Of a DNA stretch of 64,000 nucleotides, positions 46,847 through 55,853 are shown piece by piece. The stretch is from IMG/VR virus record IMGVR_UViG_3300008267_000012, one strand, 5' to 3'. The translations under genes and the position numbers were made by a program. Under the pieces are notes generated by a model. That model was not told where the DNA came from. It ran no database searches and saw only the letters and a list, made by a program, of their open reading frames with translations. The stretch comes from a virus (Duplodnaviria > Caudoviricetes). Position 1 is the stretch's first letter; every line of letters starts with the position of its first letter.

Positions 46847-47502
46847 ATAAAATTATTTTCTTTTCTATTGATAAAATTTTCTTTATCTATATTGTTAAAA
46901 GAGTCATTTTTTACTTGGACATCATCCCATTGTTCCCCTTTCCAAACAGGATGTTCATGTTTAATAATTACTTGTGGAATATATGTTTGTTTATTTAATG
47001 ATTGAGCAACTTCGGTAAATTCATTATCACACCAAAGTGATATATATGAAGGATGATAAATATATCCAAACCTATCATAATATTTTTTACCCAAAATACA
47101 TAAAGTATTTAGATTTCTTGCTTGATAACCATCATTAAACCAAAGAACTCCATCTGTATCAGGATAATGTTTCATCATCATTGCTCTGATAATCATATCA
47201 TATCCTTCAAATTGAGGAATCATATCATCTGAAGCTAAAAGAAGAATATTAAAATCTTCATTTTCAAGATTTGCATTAATTGCTTCAATCTTTGATTTGT
47301 TATCAGAAAAGTGATAATCTAAATTTTTATATGTTTTTAGTTTTGAAATTACTTCATCATTATTCATTGATAAATCATCATTATCACAAGATACAACAAC
47401 TTTATAATTATCAGTATCCTCAAGATAATTAATATATAAATCTAGAACTTGAAAAAATTTATCTTTTCTACCTCTAGTTGGAAACTTTATCAATAACTTC
47501 AT
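46843..47502 (-). CDS. Putative GT-A (GT2-like) glycosyltransferase
   Basis: LIKFPTRGR, KIEAINA, LLASDDM, SLWCDNEF, IIKHEHP. Confidence 0.7.
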   Translation of the reverse strand: MKLLIKFPTRGRKDKFFQVLDLYINYLEDTDNYKVVVSCDNDDLSMNNDEVISKLKTYKNLDYHFSDNKSKIEAINANLENEDFNILLLASDDMIPQFEGYDMIIRAMMMKHYPDTDGVLWFNDGYQARNLNTLCILGKKYYDRFGYIYHPSYISLWCDNEFTEVAQSLNKQTYIPQVIIKHEHPVWKGEQWDDVQVKNDSFNNIDKENFINRKENNFI

Positions 47503-48292
47503 TACTTATTTTAAAAATTGGTTTAATTTCCTGTAATGGTCCATTAATTTCAGTAAAATTGAATTTATTAAAATTCATGACTGTACCATCAATATACATT
47601 TCATTTAAATCTTCATTTGTATATGTTTTAATTATATTTTTAACTAATTTACTATTTTTATATGATGAAATAGTCATATCGTGTCTGATAAAGTTTGATA
47701 AAAATACTTTGAACAAAGTTAAATTTGAATACTCTAAAAGTTCACAAAGTTCTTTAATATATTCAGTTTTAAAAATATGTCCATTTAGTGATATTAATTG
47801 TGAATAATCATTTGTACTATCAGAAAGTTTCCAACATATTACAGGTTCAATTAAATCAATATCATAATAAAAATTATGTGTATTATAATTATTTAATTTA
47901 TTTAATTTTTTTGTTGTATATGAATTAACTGTATTTAAACCTAAACTTAATGAAAAACAATTTGCTTCTGTTAACATAAAAATATTATGTAACTCATCAT
48001 TATTCAATTTAAAAGAGTTATATATAATATCATTATCAGTTAAAAATGTAGTATAATTTGAATCTTCAAATAGTGATATTAAATCTTGTTTAAGTGATTC
48101 TTCTTTTTTAAAATTAAATTTTGGATATTTTTTAATTAACAAATCATATCCTTTTTGAAAATAATCATTTGATGGTTTATAAAGAATATTTAACTTATAA
48201 TCTTCAACATCAAAATTCAATAAAATAGATTCAAGCAACAAATCAAGTTGCATTGGTCTATCCTTTGAAAATATAATACAGTTTAATAACAT
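47474..48292 (-). CDS. Putative GT2-like glycosyltransferase
   Basis: IIFSKDRPMQLDLLLES, TTFLTDNDIIY, LISLNGHIF. Likely ATG at 48292; the track's 48310 start is TTG. Confidence 0.6.
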   Translation of the reverse strand: MLLNCIIFSKDRPMQLDLLLESILLNFDVEDYKLNILYKPSNDYFQKGYDLLIKKYPKFNFKKEESLKQDLISLFEDSNYTTFLTDNDIIYNSFKLNNDELHNIFMLTEANCFSLSLGLNTVNSYTTKKLNKLNNYNTHNFYYDIDLIEPVICWKLSDSTNDYSQLISLNGHIFKTEYIKELCELLEYSNLTLFKVFLSNFIRHDMTISSYKNSKLVKNIIKTYTNEDLNEMYIDGTVMNFNKFNFTEINGPLQEIKPIFKISNEVIDKVSN

Positions 48293-48293
48293 T

Positions 48294-49247
48294 TTATTTA
48301 AAAGTTTCAAATATCTCTAAAATACGTTTTTTTTCTTGTTCTTCATTATATTCAGATGAAGTATTTATTTCATGAAGACATAAAGCATCATACTCATAAC
48401 CATCAAGAAAAATATTTAATTGTTCAGTAAGTTTATCTGCAAGTGTATGATAATCACCATTTTGACACCAAAATCCATTATTATCTCTCACATATTCTTT
48501 ATTCCCAATGTTTGAGAATCCAACAACATGAGTATTACAAGCCATTGCTTCTAACGGAAGTGTGCCAAATCCTGCAATTTCATCCGTATAAAGACAAAAA
48601 GCACAATCAGAAAGTTCAGATGCAAATTGTTGTTTTGACATTCCTTTTAATTCAACAAATTGAACATTTTTTAGTCTTTTATCACTTGATTTAACAATAT
48701 TAATAAGATTATGTGTATTCATTTGTTGTGTGTTTGACCTTGAGGATGAAAAACAAACTCTGAATGCTTTATCTAAATTTGATTTAAATATTGGACTTAT
48801 AGATTGTTTATATTGGTCAACTTCAACTCCTAGCATATATTTTTGGATATATTCGGTAATACCTTGAGATACACTTATTACTCTTTCAATACCTGATTCT
48901 TTCCAAGATTTTGGTTGTGGCATTGAGGTATAGATGTAAATCCAACTCTGTGCAAGAACCGTTCTTTTGCACTTCATATTCTTCGTAGAATCAATCAAAT
49001 TGCCAAATCCTTCAGGTATTATTAAAAGGTCTTCTGCATTGATTCTAAGGTTTCCTAGACCGTTAATTCTAAATTTTGGAATGTGAGAAATACTAAACTC
49101 CATCCAAGTTGGGTTAAACTCTGCATCACCTTCATAAATAAGGACAACTTCATATCCATTATCAGCAAGAATTTTTGCCTGTTTAAATAAAACACCCATA
49201 CCTCCTGATGGGGAGTTCATATTTGGGCAATAATAATAAACTTTCAT
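48294..49247 (-). CDS. GT-B fold glycosyltransferase (GT4-like), paralogue of 34578-35651
   Basis: PSGGMGVL, DLLIIPEGF, AGFGTLPLEAMAC...VVG. Confidence 0.8.
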   Translation of the reverse strand: MKVYYYCPNMNSPSGGMGVLFKQAKILADNGYEVVLIYEGDAEFNPTWMEFSISHIPKFRINGLGNLRINAEDLLIIPEGFGNLIDSTKNMKCKRTVLAQSWIYIYTSMPQPKSWKESGIERVISVSQGITEYIQKYMLGVEVDQYKQSISPIFKSNLDKAFRVCFSSSRSNTQQMNTHNLINIVKSSDKRLKNVQFVELKGMSKQQFASELSDCAFCLYTDEIAGFGTLPLEAMACNTHVVGFSNIGNKEYVRDNNGFWCQNGDYHTLADKLTEQLNIFLDGYEYDALCLHEINTSSEYNEEQEKKRILEIFETFK

Positions 49248-49252
49248 ATTCC

Positions 49253-49260
49253 CAAATATA
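49253..49260 (-). promoter_or_regulatory. Bacteroidota-type -7 promoter box TATATTTG
   Basis: 5 nt upstream of ATG 49247, inside TTCCCA/TGGGAA inverted repeat (49249-49266). Confidence 0.6.
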
Positions 49261-49271
49261 TGGGAAATTTT

Positions 49272-49949
49272 TTAATTAAACCTTGGATTCTGTACTTCTT
49301 TATCTGATGCTTCAATACCCCATGCACTAACAATTAAATAACCTTCTTTTACAGGTTGTAATACAATTGGGTCTTCTTTTACAATATCAATCAATTTATG
49401 ACCTTGGACTCTTGCATTTTTCATATTTAATTGGTCCTTTGTAGCAATGATTAAAAGAGTTGTACCTGCTACATATTCAGATTCCTTGCTATACGAATGT
49501 GGAAGGTCAATTTTATCAACTTTAAAGTTAATAATTTCTTTTTGATTTGTTTCGGGGATACCACCAATAAATCTATCAACATTAGTTAAAAGTAAACTGT
49601 ATTTATTACAAATTCTAATAACAGAATCTTCATTAATAAATTTATTAAATGGATATTTAAATGAATAATATTCAATTGTTGATTTAATTTTCTTTGAATC
49701 TTCAATTTTTCTCATTTCTTCTTTAAAAGAAGATATATTTTTTTCATTATTGAAACCTAAATTGATTAGATTTTGATAATCTTGTACTTTTGATTCATCA
49801 ATAGGTGTTTCTAACACAGCTTTGGCTTCATTAAGTAGTAAATCATGTGCAGAATAAACTTCATTATGAATATCTTCAATTAATTCTACATTTGATTTCT
49901 CATCAAACATGGGGTCTAATTTAACATTTTTAGGAAGAATGGTTCTCAT
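49272..49949 (-). CDS. Hypothetical protein
   Basis: Intact 225-aa ORF; C-terminal DPIVLQPVKEGYLIVSAWG; no function assigned. Confidence 0.7.
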   Translation of the reverse strand: MRTILPKNVKLDPMFDEKSNVELIEDIHNEVYSAHDLLLNEAKAVLETPIDESKVQDYQNLINLGFNNEKNISSFKEEMRKIEDSKKIKSTIEYYSFKYPFNKFINEDSVIRICNKYSLLLTNVDRFIGGIPETNQKEIINFKVDKIDLPHSYSKESEYVAGTTLLIIATKDQLNMKNARVQGHKLIDIVKEDPIVLQPVKEGYLIVSAWGIEASDKEVQNPRFN

Positions 49950-49967
49950 ATTAATTCTTTTATGTAA

Positions 49968-50339
49968 TTAGTAAGTTTCAATAAAAATGTTTAAATATAG
50001 TATTATTAATTCTTCATCATAACCATAAAGAACTCTCTTATGTTTTGATATAAATTCATCAAATTTAAATACTAATTTTATCTCATTTATGAAGTTATTT
50101 CTACCATAAAGTTCAAAAAATAAATCATAAATAAAATTAATAAGTCTTCTTGCATTTTTTATAAGTTTTCTATTATAAAAATTATCATAAATATATTGAT
50201 GCATTGATTGAAGTTTCAATGCTACATGTTGATTTGGTAAATCAAGCATTAAATCCTCTTTCCATCTTTGTAAAGCAAGAACACCCTCTTTTGTTGAGGG
50301 TGTCTTTGCTCTATAAAAATATTGATTGGTATCAATCAT
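49968..50339 (-). CDS. Hypothetical protein
   Basis: Intact ORF coupled to dnaB by an ATGA overlap. Confidence 0.6.
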   Translation of the reverse strand: MIDTNQYFYRAKTPSTKEGVLALQRWKEDLMLDLPNQHVALKLQSMHQYIYDNFYNRKLIKNARRLINFIYDLFFELYGRNNFINEIKLVFKFDEFISKHKRVLYGYDEELIILYLNIFIETY

Positions 50340-51790
50340 AAAGATTTTAACAAATCAATCTCTGATTTTGCTGCTCTAGTTTCAACAAGAAGTTGTCTTG
50401 TTTCTTGAACCTCATCATAATCGGTATCAATAATCTCATCATCATCAAATTCTTCAATAACAGAACCTGTAGGTGATGTAAGTTCAAACCTCATATAAGC
50501 GGTATCAAAAGTTGAATCCTCAAAAATATGACCTGATGGTGAAATATTTGATTTAGCAAGGTGGAAAGTTGCACGATTGTGATTTCTATCATCGGAATCA
50601 CGACCAATGGTAAGTACAACCTGCGCCTTTTTAACCTTTGCAACAGAACCACCTGAATCATTCAAGTCAAGAGTTTTCTTGTTATTAGATTCTTTCTTTG
50701 CTTGTGTTGCAGTCCATCCGCAGATATCAAATTCAACAAGCATATCAAGAATACCTGCTACAACTTCTTTCTCACCTTGATATGGATTATTCTGATTTGA
50801 AAGATGTGATATCATTTCATCAACATAATCAATATTAATGATATCAAATTTATAACCAACTTTTTGTTGATACTTGATAATCCAATTTTTCAACTTAGGT
50901 ACAGTCATTTCATTGGATGGGAAGCGCATAATCTTAATTAAGCCAAGATTTTTTGATTTAATCTTTGTAATTGCATCTTTTGCCTTTTGTGTTGCGGTTT
51001 CTGGGTCTTTTTGTGCATCTTTAAAGCTTAGACCTGTGAGTGCAGTTGAAACAAGAAGTTTTACATCCCTAATTTCATTCTCGCCAAAGATTACATGGAG
51101 AACCTTTTTACCTTGTTTGAAAGCATTTACAGAGAAGTTGGTAAGGATTGTGGATTTACCGACACCTTGACCTGCCAAAATCATCCCTAATTTGCCTTTT
51201 GGAAGACCTGTAATAATTTTATCAAGTTCTGCTAGACCTGTGGGTATAAAATCCCTATAACGCTGTGTGAAGAGAGTTTCATCAAAGTCTTCAACATCAT
51301 CAGGGTCATTATCTTCCGTACCGATGTTAATAATTTTACGAATTTTTTCAAGAACTTTATCAAGCGATACTAAATCATTGTTTTCAACAATATTCTTTAT
51401 ATCACTTTCTGATAAGTTTTTAAGTTCTTGTACTTGAATAAATCCATTTGTAGTCTTTTTGATAAATTCAAAGTCATTTCTTTCTTTGCCATCAAGAAGA
51501 TTTTTATAATCCTTATGGATTGTGGATAACTCATTTATCCAAGCATCTTTTTGTTCTTTTGTATGATTTGTGTTTGCTTTAATAATTTCACCAATGTTAC
51601 GCAATGTTGGAAGAGTATTGTATTCTTCTACATATTGTTTAATGAGTGAAAATATAATTTTGTGCTTTTCCTCTGAAAAGTGTTGTGATTCTAATTTTAG
51701 AACCACATCCTTTGGGAAGTCGCTATAAAAAATATGAAATAAAATTCTTCTCTGATGTCTATCAGAGCCTAACGAAAGCATGTTACGCAT
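50336..51790 (-). CDS. dnaB: Replicative DNA helicase (DnaB / T4 gp41-like)
   Basis: FIPTGLAELD, Walker A AGQGVGKS, IINIDYVDEM, WTATQA, HLAKS; no intein. Confidence 0.92.
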   Translation of the reverse strand: MRNMLSLGSDRHQRRILFHIFYSDFPKDVVLKLESQHFSEEKHKIIFSLIKQYVEEYNTLPTLRNIGEIIKANTNHTKEQKDAWINELSTIHKDYKNLLDGKERNDFEFIKKTTNGFIQVQELKNLSESDIKNIVENNDLVSLDKVLEKIRKIINIGTEDNDPDDVEDFDETLFTQRYRDFIPTGLAELDKIITGLPKGKLGMILAGQGVGKSTILTNFSVNAFKQGKKVLHVIFGENEIRDVKLLVSTALTGLSFKDAQKDPETATQKAKDAITKIKSKNLGLIKIMRFPSNEMTVPKLKNWIIKYQQKVGYKFDIINIDYVDEMISHLSNQNNPYQGEKEVVAGILDMLVEFDICGWTATQAKKESNNKKTLDLNDSGGSVAKVKKAQVVLTIGRDSDDRNHNRATFHLAKSNISPSGHIFEDSTFDTAYMRFELTSPTGSVIEEFDDDEIIDTDYDEVQETRQLLVETRAAKSEIDLLKSL

Positions 51791-51806
51791 TTATTGTTAA
51801 TAAAAA

Positions 51807-52607
51807 TTAGTTGTACGAATATTCCATTTTAAGGAGTTTCTTTTTCTCTTCTTGTGAGAGAACTTTTAAATCATTATAAGAAATTTCATGTTTGTTCATT
51901 ATCTCACAATCAAGATATTGTGTATCAATATCAGCTTTCTTAATATGATTTTTAATAGCATTACAAATTTCAGAATTAGCTTTAATGAATTCTTCAGAAA
52001 GAATTGCATCAGGATTAAAGTTAAATACCGTAAACTTTCTTTGAATAATATAATTATCATTCAAATATAATGAAAAATCAAACTGAAGTTCCTCAACAAA
52101 TTCAATTTGTTTAATCTTTGCAAAAGGAATAGTTGATTTGGCTTTTACATCAATAATTGATTCATTTGTAACCTGTATATTTTTCTTATAAAACAATTCA
52201 GTTGTATTATCTCTCAATGAAACAACAATCATATACTTATCATCAATCTTACTAAGATTATTATCAATTGTTTGTTTATTGATATTTCTATCTTTAATTG
52301 ATGATGTTGAAGTCTTATGTCTTTCCTTCAAATATTGAAATCTGTAATTAATTTTTTTATCCCTTAAATCATCAATATTGATTGTAATAGGGTTGTTTTC
52401 CCTATTAAACCCAACATAATATTCATTTGATAATCTTTGCGTTGGAACTGACAAAATTTTCTGTAATACTTTTCTAATTTCAGGAACAAGGTCTTTGATA
52501 TTAACTGTTTGTCTAATAATTGGATTATAGCAATCAGCATCAAAAATTCTTTCCGAAATCATTTTATCTCTGTAAGAGATAGAAAACTTAAAATAATTTT
52601 TATTCAT
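51807..52607 (-). CDS. Hypothetical protein with an internal duplicated motif
   Basis: FKFSISYRDKMISERIFDADCYNP vs FDFSLYLNDNYIIQRKFTVFNFNP. Confidence 0.65.
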   Translation of the reverse strand: MNKNYFKFSISYRDKMISERIFDADCYNPIIRQTVNIKDLVPEIRKVLQKILSVPTQRLSNEYYVGFNRENNPITINIDDLRDKKINYRFQYLKERHKTSTSSIKDRNINKQTIDNNLSKIDDKYMIVVSLRDNTTELFYKKNIQVTNESIIDVKAKSTIPFAKIKQIEFVEELQFDFSLYLNDNYIIQRKFTVFNFNPDAILSEEFIKANSEICNAIKNHIKKADIDTQYLDCEIMNKHEISYNDLKVLSQEEKKKLLKMEYSYN

Positions 52608-52628
52608 TTTTAAATGTTTATTCTTAAA

Positions 52629-53708
52629 TCAAATATGCATGTTTTTTTTGAAAAAATCCTTTTCTCTGATAATAACAGGATAAAAAGGTTCATGAAATTT
52701 TATAAAATCTGCATTATAATTTTCAAGATACGCATCTTCTGTCAACATCTTTAATAAATTCTCTTCACCTCTACCATTTGGGTCTAATGGTTCTTCCGCT
52801 ACAAGTGCTAATTCTGCCATTGCTTCTTTAGTAAGGAATGGTTCAAGTAAATTAATTATTTTATAATTTAGTTTGTATTGGTCTAAACCTACTTTACCAA
52901 ATGTTTTGAAAATACCTTCAGTAATATTTTCAAGAACTTTAAGAGGTTTCTTTTTATTGGCGATTCTATCTTCATTTATTTGTCTAGCCTCCTTAATAAT
53001 CGTTGCTGCTTTAACTTTTTCAGTTTGGATTTTCGGAAAATGTTTGAGAAGAGTACTTTCACCCAAACCATCAACCCCACTAATATTATCAGAGTCATCC
53101 CCACACATAGTTTTAATAATTGTAAGATTAGAGTAGTGATGTTTGAAAAGAAGGTAGTAATTTTTTTTGGTAACATTCTGTTTTAAATTAGCAATATAAA
53201 CAGAGACGTTATCATATTCTAAAAGTTGACAAATATCCCTATCGTTAGTATAAATAGTAATATTCTCTTTATCATGATACTTTTGACAATAATATGCAAT
53301 CATATCATCTGATTCAATTTGGTCAACTTGTACTTGACGAATGAATAACTCCTCAAGATAGTTTTTAACCCTAATCATTTGCCAAAGATATGATTCTTTC
53401 TCCTGTTGTTGTTTTTTAATTTCAGCAGGAGTTAAGTCAATCTTTTTATACCATTCTTTTCCTTCACGATTAGCTTTATATTCTCTGTAAATATCATATC
53501 TAAGTTTACCCCCATTCTCACCATCCCAAAACACAATAACTTTATTAATATTTTGGGAACGGATGAGACTTCGGGTTTGCATTATAAACTGATAAAGACC
53601 ACCTATATGTCTACTTCCATTAAATGTATGCTTTGCACCATTAAATGACCGCTTCATTAAGTAATTACCATCAATCAATAATGTATTTACAGAGAATTTA
53701 TAGACCAT
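52629..53708 (-). CDS. 5'-3' exonuclease / flap nuclease (T4 RNase H / PolI N-terminal-like)
   Basis: LLIDGNYL, VFWDG, YREYKANR, IESDDMIA, TNDRD, MCGDDSDNISGVDGLGE. Confidence 0.92.
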   Translation of the reverse strand: MVYKFSVNTLLIDGNYLMKRSFNGAKHTFNGSRHIGGLYQFIMQTRSLIRSQNINKVIVFWDGENGGKLRYDIYREYKANREGKEWYKKIDLTPAEIKKQQQEKESYLWQMIRVKNYLEELFIRQVQVDQIESDDMIAYYCQKYHDKENITIYTNDRDICQLLEYDNVSVYIANLKQNVTKKNYYLLFKHHYSNLTIIKTMCGDDSDNISGVDGLGESTLLKHFPKIQTEKVKAATIIKEARQINEDRIANKKKPLKVLENITEGIFKTFGKVGLDQYKLNYKIINLLEPFLTKEAMAELALVAEEPLDPNGRGEENLLKMLTEDAYLENYNADFIKFHEPFYPVIIREKDFFKKNMHI

Positions 53709-54772
53709 TATTCATCATTATCTTTTGTATTATCCTGGACACGCACAACTTGTACATCATCACCACCTTCTTCACCAATTTCGGATAATAATTCAGATAA
53801 ATGATTCTTTTTAAATTCTTCAAGGTCGGATTCTAATACAAGACCATAGCTTGTTGAAAGAATCTTACCTTCAAATGAAATATTTGAAACGTGGTTCTTA
53901 ACAATTTTAATTGGTGAAAGAATTCCAAGAGCAGTTGTTTTCTTATTCTTGGTAATGTTAATCTTTTCAACACCTCTTGCCTTAGTACCACCCATATGAA
54001 TGATAAGTCTGCTCATTGAGTAAACAGCCTCACCACCTTTGTGTCTAAGAACACCCTGACCACCTGCTTGTGAATCAAACCATACTTTTTGAACAGCAAC
54101 AGCAGTAGCAGTATATTTTTTACTTACTTTTCTTGTAGATGGAATCCTGTGGTGAAAAATACCTTTGAATGCTTGTTCCATTGCGCCTGCATTCCACATA
54201 TTATTACTTTCTTTATCTTTCTCTTTTGCTGTAAGAGTTTTACGAGAATCAACAGAACCAAAACTATCAATACAAAAGATTACATCCATTTGAAGTTCAT
54301 CTTTTTCTTGTGAATCAATAATATTATTGATAAACTCTGAAATATCTTCAATTGAGGGTGCTGAAAAATCTTTATTATATTTCTTACCATAATTCTGAAC
54401 TAAATAATCAGAATCAACATAAATATAGTCACCGTTAAAGTCAAATCCCATCTTTGTAAGGTGGTCTTTCTTCATGGCATTCTCAGTATCAATGATTACA
54501 GGTAGGAAACCATTCTGTTGTGCTGATACTGCTGCTTCATAAACAATAGTAGACTTACCTGTATCAGAGTAGCCTCTAACAAGTGTAAGTTCACACAATG
54601 GAATACCTTCCAAACCTGTAATTTCTTGATATCCTTTGCTAAGTGGAAGCCATTGCAAAGGTTTTTGTTCTTCATCATTAATTTTAAATTTTTCTTTAAA
54701 ATCTGACAAAGAAAAACTCTTCTTTTTTATTGGTTTTTTTTCTTCGGAGTCATTTACTAATGTTCTACCCAT
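53708..54772 (-). CDS. recA: RecA/UvsX-like recombinase
   Basis: GIPLCELTLVRGYSDTGKS, VIIDTENA, IFCIDSFGS, KGGEAVY. Confidence 0.9.
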   Translation of the reverse strand: MGRTLVNDSEEKKPIKKKSFSLSDFKEKFKINDEEQKPLQWLPLSKGYQEITGLEGIPLCELTLVRGYSDTGKSTIVYEAAVSAQQNGFLPVIIDTENAMKKDHLTKMGFDFNGDYIYVDSDYLVQNYGKKYNKDFSAPSIEDISEFINNIIDSQEKDELQMDVIFCIDSFGSVDSRKTLTAKEKDKESNNMWNAGAMEQAFKGIFHHRIPSTRKVSKKYTATAVAVQKVWFDSQAGGQGVLRHKGGEAVYSMSRLIIHMGGTKARGVEKINITKNKKTTALGILSPIKIVKNHVSNISFEGKILSTSYGLVLESDLEEFKKNHLSELLSEIGEEGGDDVQVVRVQDNTKDNDE

Positions 54773-54804
54773 GATATATAATATTTAATAAAATTATTAT
54801 TTAT

Positions 54805-54862
54805 AAAAAAAGTACGACAACAGTAATTACAGAGGGGAGGGGTGTAATTACCGTGTCGTACT
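54805..54862 (-). terminator. Long hairpin plus U-tract between ssb and recA
   Basis: AGTACGACA-CG-GTAATTACA-CCCCTCCCCTC-TGTAATTAC-TGT-TGTCGTACT-TTTTTT on the minus strand. Confidence 0.75.
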
Positions 54863-54874
54863 CTAAACCCTTAA

Positions 54875-55753
54875 CTAGAAGGGCAAGTCATCATCCTCAT
54901 CTTCAACTGTAGAAACTACAGGTGATTTAGCGGTTACTTTTGCTGTTGGTTTTTGTTCCTCAACAGGAGGTGGTGACATTTCAAAGTCTGCATCAGTATC
55001 ATCTTCATCAACGAAGATTTGAGACTGATTTAATGAATTATTCATAGATGCAGACTTATTTTCTCCAATATCATATGTTGCACTATTAACTGCTTCATTG
55101 ATAAGTTCAATTTCTTTCAAAAAGAAATCTTGTTGTTTTTTTCTATTGTCAATGGTTACCATTTCACCATCAACTTTCTTGGTTACTTCAAAAGAAGGAA
55201 TATCTTTTGCATTATATTTCCAATCAACTCTTGTTGAATCTTCCATATAAAGACTAAAGTTTTTACTTCCTGCAACCCAATTTTTTGCACACCTAATTGC
55301 AAGATTGAATCTTTTGGTTTCTGTTTTATCTACACTTTGTGAAATGTATAGTTTAACATAACCAAGTTTATCATTTGCTGCTAACCAAGCAAGTGAATTC
55401 ACAAATCCAAAGATGTATGTACTTACTCTTTTATCAGGTGATGTAAATGGTAGGTCAAGTACAAAGATTTCACCACTATCATCGGTGAATTCAAAATTCA
55501 CTTTTGGATTTGGTACTTTTGTTCCATCTGTTCTCGTAATTACATTATCAAGAATAGGTGTTACTTTAGTCAAAAATCCATAAAAAGGTTTAGGATAGTT
55601 GTTTTGGTCAACCATCGGAATCTTTTCATACTGACCTTCATTGTTTTTCTTGTTTACAACAAAAAATTTTGCTGTAATCTTGTTGTCATTTGACTTTGTT
55701 GAACCCAATGACATGTAGGTTCGGTTTTTTCTAGCTATCGTTTCAAAACCCAT
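54875..55753 (-). CDS. Single-stranded DNA-binding protein (putative)
   Basis: Acidic C-terminal tail ending EDEDDDLPF; adjacent to recA, exonuclease and helicase. Confidence 0.65.
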   Translation of the reverse strand: MGFETIARKNRTYMSLGSTKSNDNKITAKFFVVNKKNNEGQYEKIPMVDQNNYPKPFYGFLTKVTPILDNVITRTDGTKVPNPKVNFEFTDDSGEIFVLDLPFTSPDKRVSTYIFGFVNSLAWLAANDKLGYVKLYISQSVDKTETKRFNLAIRCAKNWVAGSKNFSLYMEDSTRVDWKYNAKDIPSFEVTKKVDGEMVTIDNRKKQQDFFLKEIELINEAVNSATYDIGENKSASMNNSLNQSQIFVDEDDTDADFEMSPPPVEEQKPTAKVTAKSPVVSTVEDEDDDLPF

Positions 55754-55796
55754 AATGTTAAAAATTTAAATTGTTAAAAATTAGTTATTGTTTAAA

Positions 55797-55804
55797 CAAA
55801 TATA
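55797..55804 (-). promoter_or_regulatory. Bacteroidota-type -7 promoter box TATATTTG
   Basis: 43 nt upstream of the ssb ATG; a CTATTTATA motif lies just upstream at 55815-55823. Confidence 0.55.
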
Positions 55805-55814
55805 TATGTTTTTT

Positions 55815-55823
55815 TATAAATAG
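55815..55823 (-). promoter_or_regulatory. Putative late promoter CTATTTATA
   Basis: Exact motif in the intergenic region upstream of ssb. Confidence 0.45.
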
Positions 55824-55853
55824 TCCGTTTTTAGCGGAAAAAAAATAAAAATT

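Noticed and set aside
50336-54772. Additional inteins in DnaB or RecA P-loops
   Set aside because: Both Walker A motifs (GQGVGKS, GYSDTGKS) are contiguous and protein lengths are ordinary.
54795-54812. Sense-strand TATAAATA (true T4 late box) upstream of recA
   Set aside because: Single instance overlapping the terminator U-tract in very AT-rich DNA; the recurring motif before structural genes has the opposite orientation.
55824-55845. TCCG/CGGA hairpin with an A-run as a terminator
   Set aside because: Only a 4-bp stem, and the T-tract is on the wrong side for the minus-strand genes.
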